A stretch of DNA of 64,000 nucleotides from Bacteroidota bacterium. Lineage in GTDB: Bacteria > Bacteroidota > Bacteroidia > B-17B0 > Aurantibacillaceae. The translations under genes and the position numbers were made by a program. The notes under the pieces were generated by a model, which was not told the DNA's origin, searched no databases, and was given only the letters and a program-made list of their open reading frames with translations. Numbering within the stretch: the first letter of the stretch is position 1; each line of letters begins with the position of its first letter. Shown one piece after another: positions 56,938 through 64,000 of the stretch. Where the stretch lies: the NCBI GenBank assembly GCA_013697245.1, contig JACCXH010000047.1, positions 2,645-66,644 on the forward strand. Reading direction: 5' to 3'.

Positions 56938-59900
56938 ATGGTAAAATATTTATTTTTCTTTATTTTCTGTTTCGTTTTCTTAATTAAACCTAAGGCACAG
57001 GTAGATACAAGCTTTTGGTTTGTAGCGCCGGATGTATCTGCAACAATGGGGCAATCTCCAATACAGTTGCACATTCAAACCTATTCGCAACCGGCAACGG
57101 TTTATGTAAGACAACCAGCTAATTTGGCGGGCGGTGTAAATCTAACCTTTACCATGGCTGCCAATTCGCTAACGGTAAGTAACTTAACCACCTCTCTGCT
57201 AGCGGTAGAAAGCGCTCCAACCAATACTGTAAGCAATAAAGGGATCTATATTAGTACAACTGCCAATGTTTCTGCCTATTACACGATTGGTTCAGGAAAT
57301 AATAAAGAGATGCTAAGCCTTAAAGGGCAGAGGGCGGTTGGGGTTGACTTTTACACGCCATTTCCAAATTCTATTTTATCTGTTATTTCGCCAACCGATA
57401 CAGGCGTTGGTTTTGATATTGTTGCGACAAAGAGTGGTACAACTATAGTTTTGATAACACCCCGTGCAGCCTGTGTTGGTAGGGCAAAGAATGTAACTTT
57501 TGCTAAATCTTTATTACAGGGTGAAACCTTTTCGATGAAAGATAACAACGTGATCAATCCGAGCGAATTGGCCGGATCCATTATTTCAGCAGATAAACCC
57601 ATTGCAGTAACCATAAGCGGTGCGATCCGAACATCCACAGCTCTTTGCCCATCTTATTTCGCCGATCAGATCACTACCAGTGATAATATTGGTAAAGAAC
57701 ACGTTATCATCAAAGGTGAAGGAACCTCTGATATTGCTTATGTTCTGGCGCCTTTAAACTCCACAAGCCTTACTATCACAACGGGAACTGGGACTATAAA
57801 CTGGTTAATTAATTCAGGTGAAACATATTCAATAAATATTTCATCTCCCTTAACCTATGTTCAAACTGATAAGCCTGTTTATGTAACACACATTACCGGT
57901 TATGGTTGCAAATTAAGCGGTGCACAGGTTACACCTGCATTCTGTGCGGGCTCTTATACAACAGCATTCACAAGGCTAAGTAGTGACTCTCTGAATTTGA
58001 ACCTTTACACCAGAACAGGTTTTCAAAATACATTTACGTTAACCAGTAATGCTGTTAACGTGCCTATTTCACCAGCCAGTTTCACAGTAGTACCGGGTAG
58101 TGCAGGTAACTTAGTTGCTGCAAGAATTTATTTCCCGGCGGTTGGCCCCGGAGCTATTGCTGTGGGCTCACATAACATTTTAAAGAACAAGAACGATCTT
58201 TTTGGATTAGGAGTTAGTAATGGCGGAACACTAGGAGGCAGTTCATATGCTTATGCATCAGATTTTGGTGTAAATGCTTTTGTTATTGCTAACAGCGTGC
58301 CAACTGCAACAATTTGTTCAAACACATCATACACCCTTAACGGATTGATAGGCGGCGGCCCAATAACTGGCGTATGGGGATCGAATGGTTTTGGAACCTT
58401 ATCAGGTGGGCCAAATCAGATCATCAATAATGTTTACACACCAAACCCAATCGACACTTCGTTAGCGATCGTACCAACACCAACACCGCCGGTTTCAGGT
58501 GGGTTGATCAAATTCGTGCTTACATCTACAGGTATTTGCCCAAATAAATCAGATACTTTAAGATTGTATGTTAAGCAGGCGCCTATCGTTACTGCCGGTT
58601 CCAGCTCGGTTATTTGTTCAAACAATCCTACGGTTAATTTAAGCGGTAATGTTTTTGGCGCAAGTACACAGGGTGTTTGGTCGGTTCAGGCACCGGGTAG
58701 CGGAACATTTGCACCAAGCGTAAATACTTTTACCCCGAGTTATTTTCTTTCAAATGCAGATACTGCGCTCAACCAACTCACCTTCATTTTAACAAGTATA
58801 AATAATGGTATTTGTAATGCCGTTGCGAATACGGTCAGTGTTACAATTAACCATGCACCAGTGGTTAAAGCCAGCTTAATAAATCCGATATTAAAATGCG
58901 CTAACAATGCTACCATTAATTTAAATGGTTCGGTTTCGGGCTCAATTACCTCTACGGGAAAATGGACCTCTAATGGAACAGGTATCTTTGTACCTAATCA
59001 GTTTGCATTATTGTGTAATTATGTACCAAGTGCTGCTGATATTGCCCTTGGGACTATAAGGTTAAAATTAACCAGTACAAATAATCAACAATGCAAGGCT
59101 GTTTCAGATAGTGTGAATGTTATTTTCACTCAACCGGTAACGGTAAGTTGCGGTGTAGATCTTAATAGTTGTAAAAATAATCCAAAAGTTCCTCTTAACG
59201 TGGTAATAACCGGTACAGCTTCTAATTCAGGTATTTGGTATGGTGGTACAGGAACATTTACTGCAAGTAATACGGCACTTACGCCAACTTATGTTGCTGG
59301 ACCTGCAGATATAACAGCCGGTTTTGTTGTGCTAACATTTAGTACTACAAACAATGGTATTTGCGCTGGTGTCTCAGATCAGGTTAAGATTGACTTTAGA
59401 GATAAACCTACTGCTAATTTTACTGTAAACACAGTATGTTTAAATCAAACAACTATTTTTACTGATCAATCAATAAACACTTCGGGTTTAGGTTCTTTAA
59501 ATACCTGGCAATGGCAAATGGGTGATGGCGGAAATTCTACTGCAATTAACCCGATATATAATTATACGGTCGCCGGAACTTATACAGCACAGTTAGTGGT
59601 TAGTAACACATTTAATTGTTATGATACGGTTTACAGGCCGGTAAAAATTTATGCCTTGCCAAATGCCAGCTTTACTATTTCAAGAGCCTGTACTGGTTCT
59701 GCCCAATTAATTAGTTTTACCGATCAGTCGAGTATTGCCCCGCCAGCTTCAATTCCTTCATCGGGGTATTATTATGACTTTGGAGGGTTTGGGTTTGCTT
59801 ATTCAAAAGATACGTCTTTAGTATTTCCTGCCCAGGGCATTTATAATATTACCCACGAGGTTACGTCAAATAATGGCTGTAAATCGACAGTAACGCAATC

Positions 59901-60447
59901 GGTTAACATTACACCACGACCAATTGCTAAATTCATTTACATTAATAATAGTGGTTTTAGTCTTGGAGCAAATATTTCATTTATCGATTCGTCTAAATCA
60001 GCCGTATCATGGAGTTGGGATTTTGGAAATACTTTAACAAGTAATCAGCAAAATCCAACCACAAATTATTTAAGTAATGGTTCGTATACAGTAACATTAA
60101 CTATTACTGACCAGTTTGGCTGTACAAGTACGTACTCACAAGTAATTAAAATATCAAATATTGCCGCAGAGGTTACACAGTTAATTCCAAATATGATAAC
60201 GCCAAATAATGATGGAAAAAATGACATCTGGCGTTTGGATTTTATTAATGTTTTCTATCCTGAATCAGAAATTGAGATCTATAACCGCTGGGGAGAGTTA
60301 CTTTATCGAAGTGTAGGATACTCAAATGCATGGGATGGAAGTTATAAAGGTAATCCTCTGCCGGTTGGAGCTTATTTTTATACGATTAATTTACATGATA
60401 AGAATGACGATAAAATTTATAAAGGAACAGTTACTATTTTAAAATAA
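56938..60447 (+). CDS. T9SS type B cargo: IgGFc-binding-like N-domain, about 4 Ig-like repeats, 3 PKD domains, gliding-motility CTD
   Basis: AQVDTSFWFVAP, SADKPIAV, C-x-N...GxW repeats, WQWQMGDG/WSWDFGN PKD motifs, and IPNMITPNNDGKND...IYNRWG...KGTVTILK. Confidence 0.82.
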   Translation: MVKYLFFFIFCFVFLIKPKAQVDTSFWFVAPDVSATMGQSPIQLHIQTYSQPATVYVRQPANLAGGVNLTFTMAANSLTVSNLTTSLLAVESAPTNTVSNKGIYISTTANVSAYYTIGSGNNKEMLSLKGQRAVGVDFYTPFPNSILSVISPTDTGVGFDIVATKSGTTIVLITPRAACVGRAKNVTFAKSLLQGETFSMKDNNVINPSELAGSIISADKPIAVTISGAIRTSTALCPSYFADQITTSDNIGKEHVIIKGEGTSDIAYVLAPLNSTSLTITTGTGTINWLINSGETYSINISSPLTYVQTDKPVYVTHITGYGCKLSGAQVTPAFCAGSYTTAFTRLSSDSLNLNLYTRTGFQNTFTLTSNAVNVPISPASFTVVPGSAGNLVAARIYFPAVGPGAIAVGSHNILKNKNDLFGLGVSNGGTLGGSSYAYASDFGVNAFVIANSVPTATICSNTSYTLNGLIGGGPITGVWGSNGFGTLSGGPNQIINNVYTPNPIDTSLAIVPTPTPPVSGGLIKFVLTSTGICPNKSDTLRLYVKQAPIVTAGSSSVICSNNPTVNLSGNVFGASTQGVWSVQAPGSGTFAPSVNTFTPSYFLSNADTALNQLTFILTSINNGICNAVANTVSVTINHAPVVKASLINPILKCANNATINLNGSVSGSITSTGKWTSNGTGIFVPNQFALLCNYVPSAADIALGTIRLKLTSTNNQQCKAVSDSVNVIFTQPVTVSCGVDLNSCKNNPKVPLNVVITGTASNSGIWYGGTGTFTASNTALTPTYVAGPADITAGFVVLTFSTTNNGICAGVSDQVKIDFRDKPTANFTVNTVCLNQTTIFTDQSINTSGLGSLNTWQWQMGDGGNSTAINPIYNYTVAGTYTAQLVVSNTFNCYDTVYRPVKIYALPNASFTISRACTGSAQLISFTDQSSIAPPASIPSSGYYYDFGGFGFAYSKDTSLVFPAQGIYNITHEVTSNNGCKSTVTQSVNITPRPIAKFIYINNSGFSLGANISFIDSSKSAVSWSWDFGNTLTSNQQNPTTNYLSNGSYTVTLTITDQFGCTSTYSQVIKISNIAAEVTQLIPNMITPNNDGKNDIWRLDFINVFYPESEIEIYNRWGELLYRSVGYSNAWDGSYKGNPLPVGAYFYTINLHDKNDDKIYKGTVTILK

Positions 60448-60450
60448 GCT

Positions 60451-61455
60451 ATGAAAATAAAACTATACACACTTTTTGTTTTGATGCTTTGTTACTCATT
60501 TTTTAATGCGCAGCAACAAACTTTATTTACAAACATTACACTGCATCAATACCTTTATAATCCTGCCTACGCGGGATCTAGCAAAGGTATGCAGTTTAAT
60601 ATGGGTTATCGTAATCAATGGGCGGGTTTTGATGGAGCCCCCACTACATATATGGCCAGTGGTTATGGGACACTTAAAAAGAAACCAAACATGGCTATAG
60701 GTGGTTTAATTATTAATGATAAGAGTGGTTTATTGTCACGTACTTCTTTTTACGGAAGCTACAGTTATCATGTTAAACTTAGTAAAAAAGTAAATCTGGG
60801 TTTTGGTATTAGTGCCGGCGCGGTACAATATAATGTGAAGATATATAATGCAAAAACTTACGATAAGGACGATGAGTTTTTGAAAAACAATATTTTAAAT
60901 GCGAATGCTTTTGATGCGAATGCTGGTTTATACTTATACAGTAAAAACTTCTTCATGGGCTTAAGCAGCCAGCAGTTAACCAAAGGAAAAATTTATTGGA
61001 TGAATACTATTGGTAGGTTAACTCCGCATTTATATGGTTATATGGGCTACAACTTTCAATTAGACAAAAAGAAAAAAGAGTGGGTCTTGCAACCATCTAT
61101 GCTGATAAGATATAATAATCCATCTCCGTATCAGTTAGAATTTAATTTAAAGTGTATCTATAAAGAAGCATTTTGGATAGCTGGTGGTTATCGCGTAGGG
61201 GCTTCGGCTTCGGCCATGTTTGGTGCTACAATAAGCAAACAATTTACAGTTGGTTATAGCTATGATTATGCTACTACAGCGCTTCAAAAATACTCAAGTG
61301 GTAGTCACGAAATAATTTTAACCTATACTAAGTCAGCAAAAAAAATAAAAACTGTTGGTGATAAGATACAGGATGCTGATGAAGAAGAGTTGAACAATAT
61401 TGATAATAGTATTAAAACTAATTTAAAGAATAAAAAGAATGATGAAAAAAAATAA
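60451..61455 (+). CDS. PorP/SprF family T9SS membrane protein
   Basis: YNPAYAG, YRNQWAGFDGAP, GYSYD and GSHEI motifs; directly follows a type B cargo gene. Confidence 0.9.
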   Translation: MKIKLYTLFVLMLCYSFFNAQQQTLFTNITLHQYLYNPAYAGSSKGMQFNMGYRNQWAGFDGAPTTYMASGYGTLKKKPNMAIGGLIINDKSGLLSRTSFYGSYSYHVKLSKKVNLGFGISAGAVQYNVKIYNAKTYDKDDEFLKNNILNANAFDANAGLYLYSKNFFMGLSSQQLTKGKIYWMNTIGRLTPHLYGYMGYNFQLDKKKKEWVLQPSMLIRYNNPSPYQLEFNLKCIYKEAFWIAGGYRVGASASAMFGATISKQFTVGYSYDYATTALQKYSSGSHEIILTYTKSAKKIKTVGDKIQDADEEELNNIDNSIKTNLKNKKNDEKK

Positions 61456-64000
61456 AATAGCATTTTTTGCTTTATTCCTGGTTTTCTTTTTAAAGACAGC
61501 CATTTCTGTTGCGCAAATAGATACAGCTTTTTGGTTTGCAGCCCCTTGGGTTACTCCTGATCATTATGAGAGAGCTCCAATAGTCATGCACATTTCAACA
61601 TATGGTTCTCCCTCAACTACAGTAAGATTGCGTCAACCAGCTGCTATAGCTCCAAATAAGTATGACACTACAATTATTATTGGTGCTAACACTACATTTA
61701 ATTATACGTTTTGGCGTGATGCTACAGCCACAACCTCTAACAGAGGATTTGATTCTTTAGAAATTAGACCGGCTAACACTGTTGTGCCATATGGCTTATA
61801 CATTTCATCTACAGCAAGTATAACCGCAGTTTATGATGTAGTTAATCCTCCGACAAATAATAATAGTGAAACATTTTCATTAAAAGGGCAAAATGGTTTA
61901 GGTACTGAGTTTGTTTGCCCACAACAAACATTATATAGAAATAAAACTTTAGGTGGAGATCGAGCAAATACTCCTCCGGGTATTATTCAACCCAAACAGC
62001 AAATTGTTATTGTAGCATCTAAACCAAATACTGTAGTTTGGATTACACCTAAGTGTCCAATAATTGGACATCCTGCAAACATTACTTATAGCATTATGTT
62101 AACACAAGCTGGTGATGCATATAGTATAGAAAATCCTGTTCAAAATACGTATGTGCCTGGTAATAACGTTGCGGGAACAGTAATAGTTTCAGACAAACCC
62201 ATTGCTGTTACTGTTGCTGATGATTCTATTAATTCGGTTTATAGTCCACCTTCAATAAATGGTGGTGCTTATGGTGGATTAGGTTGTTATGATTTAGTAG
62301 GAGATCAAATTGTACCAGTAGATATTGTTGGAACTGATTATATTGTAAATAGAGGTCAATTATTTAAAGTAGGACAACAAAGTGGAGCGAATAATACAGG
62401 AATGAAAGAATCTGCCTTTGTTGTTGCTACCGAAAATTTCACTCAACTTACAGTAATAGGTTCATCTACTGTTAATGTCTTATTAAATAAAGGAGATACC
62501 TATGTTGATACTCTTTCTGCACCTTTAACTTATTACCATGCAGATAAAAATGTTTATTTATATCATGTTAGTGGTTATGGTTGTGAATTAGGCTCTGCCA
62601 TTTTACCCCCTTTAAATTGCGCAGGTTCAAAACTAGTAGCCTTTTCAAGAAATTCCGCTCAGAAATTTGCTTTAAATATACTTTGTAAGAATGGTTCTCA
62701 ATCTACATTTACATTAAATGGATCTACAGCTTTAGTTACCGCAGCCAACTTCACGCAGGTTCCTGGTACAACGACGTTAGTGGGAGGACCATATTGGGGA
62801 GCACAGATAAATTTAAATTCAACGGCTGTTTTGCCAATTGGTTCATACACAATTGGTAATAATACAGACGAATTTGCCTTAGGTGTGTTTGATGGTGATG
62901 TAAACTCTGGTGGCCTTTATCATTATATGTCATCTTTTTTAAGAAAGGTTGTAGTAACTGTTCCTTCAGTAACACCGGTATGTGTAGGCCCTGGCGCAAG
63001 TATCTCTTTAACAGGTACTGTATCGGGTGGAGCGATCACGGGGGTGTGGAGTACAAACGGAAGCGGTAGTTTTGGCGCCTATACATCTACTTTGGGTACT
63101 GTTGCCACTGTATATACATTATCCGGTGCGGATACACTTCTTTCAAATATTGTGTTTACTTTATCCTCTATTGGTAACTGTACACCAAAAACAGCAACTA
63201 TGAGTGTACTAGTGAATCAAAGGCCGCAAGTAACAGTTGGACCTGGAGCAATTATTTGTAAAAATAATTTAGTACCTATATCATTAACCGGCTCCGTTTC
63301 ATCTCCAACCATTGCTACCGGAGGAGTATGGACAACAAGTGGGACAGGATTTATAAGTCCTGGAATAAATATTAGTTATTCACCAACGCCTGCAGATTTA
63401 GCTGCTGGAAGTATCAGTTTCACCCTAAATGCGGTTGGGGGATGTAGTCCCAACTCACGCACCTTAACAGTAAGTTTTGTGGACCCGCCAACATTAACGG
63501 GCATAGATAATAATATTTGCACCAACACACAATCAGTAGTGTTAAATTCATCTGTTGTTGGTAGTACTGTACTTCCTAGCTGGACAACCAGTAACGGAAC
63601 TGGATTTTTCTCGCCCACAAATGTTGGATTAACACCAACCTATTCGGTAAGTGTGAGCGACTATTCTTTAACAACGATCAACTTTGTAGTAACATTAAAT
63701 CCTGGTTTGCCCTGCGCAGTAGTAACAGATAATGTTCAGTTAACGATGCGCCCTGCACCACAGGCCAATGCACCAGCTAATTTTACAGTGTGTGCTAATG
63801 CAGGGTTAATAAATTTAAATGGTTCGATTGGTGGCTCCGCCTCCACAGGAACGTGGACAACGCTGAATGGAACAGGAGCCTTCAATCCACCTCCGGCTCC
63901 GCCACTATCTACTTATACGATGAGTTTTGGTGATATGTCCATAGGAACTTTAACGTATGTATTAACAACAGATCCCGGTACTTATAATTGCCCTAACGAT
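61439..64000 (+). CDS. Large secreted IgGFc-binding-like / Ig-repeat protein, paralog of 56938-60447, 3'-truncated by window edge (absent from the ORF track)
   Basis: ATG 61439 opens MMKKNKIAFFALFLVFF...AQIDTAFWFAAP...SDKPIAV...HVSGYGCELG. The frame read open wherever I translated it, including the last codons at 64000. Confidence 0.85.
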   Translation, partial: MMKKNKIAFFALFLVFFLKTAISVAQIDTAFWFAAPWVTPDHYERAPIVMHISTYGSPSTTVRLRQPAAIAPNKYDTTIIIGANTTFNYTFWRDATATTSNRGFDSLEIRPANTVVPYGLYISSTASITAVYDVVNPPTNNNSETFSLKGQNGLGTEFVCPQQTLYRNKTLGGDRANTPPGIIQPKQQIVIVASKPNTVVWITPKCPIIGHPANITYSIMLTQAGDAYSIENPVQNTYVPGNNVAGTVIVSDKPIAVTVADDSINSVYSPPSINGGAYGGLGCYDLVGDQIVPVDIVGTDYIVNRGQLFKVGQQSGANNTGMKESAFVVATENFTQLTVIGSSTVNVLLNKGDTYVDTLSAPLTYYHADKNVYLYHVSGYGCELGSAILPPLNCAGSKLVAFSRNSAQKFALNILCKNGSQSTFTLNGSTALVTAANFTQVPGTTTLVGGPYWGAQINLNSTAVLPIGSYTIGNNTDEFALGVFDGDVNSGGLYHYMSSFLRKVVVTVPSVTPVCVGPGASISLTGTVSGGAITGVWSTNGSGSFGAYTSTLGTVATVYTLSGADTLLSNIVFTLSSIGNCTPKTATMSVLVNQRPQVTVGPGAIICKNNLVPISLTGSVSSPTIATGGVWTTSGTGFISPGINISYSPTPADLAAGSISFTLNAVGGCSPNSRTLTVSFVDPPTLTGIDNNICTNTQSVVLNSSVVGSTVLPSWTTSNGTGFFSPTNVGLTPTYSVSVSDYSLTTINFVVTLNPGLPCAVVTDNVQLTMRPAPQANAPANFTVCANAGLINLNGSIGGSASTGTWTTLNGTGAFNPPPAPPLSTYTMSFGDMSIGTLTYVLTTDPGTYNCPND

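Noticed and set aside
304-63618. Many short antisense or alternate-frame ORFs in the track (e.g. 304-573, 7729-8013, 10256-10564, 21567-21827, 38136-38417, 45662-46060, 62751-62999)
   Set aside because: They are shadows of longer genes with clear family motifs and have no motifs of their own.
1-64000. tRNA, rRNA, riboswitch, CRISPR, prophage or defence genes
   Set aside because: None was recognised by eye and intergenic gaps are short. An Infernal/Rfam, tRNAscan-SE and DefenseFinder run would be the definitive test.

Overview
AT-rich chromosomal segment of a Bacteroidota bacterium. This is supported by TAnnTTTG -7 promoter boxes, type IX secretion (T9SS) cargo with type A and type B C-terminal domains, a PorP/SprF gene, and Bacteroidota-type short carB. 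It is densely packed with about 58 genes: housekeeping (tilS, cdsA, carB, pyrE, rsmE, kdsA, hemJ, kmo, mpl-like, lptF-like), dispersed envelope-glycan genes and several large secreted adhesin-like proteins. I found no rRNA, tRNA, CRISPR array, integrase, transposase, reverse transcriptase or recognisable defence system. The most notable items are three. (1) An ECF sigma / triple-repeat anti-sigma / GIN-domain beta-barrel module in which an identical-spacing promoter (CTGTAAC-N16-CGTCTTACTCT) precedes both the sigma gene and the separated barrel gene. (2) A translationally coupled operon of a winged-helix regulator, five uncharacterised membrane proteins and an undecaprenol/DAG kinase, with a candidate palindromic operator. 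(3) A cbpA gene broken by one extra A in an A8 tract and missed by the ORF track. Family names come from motif recognition, not database searches.
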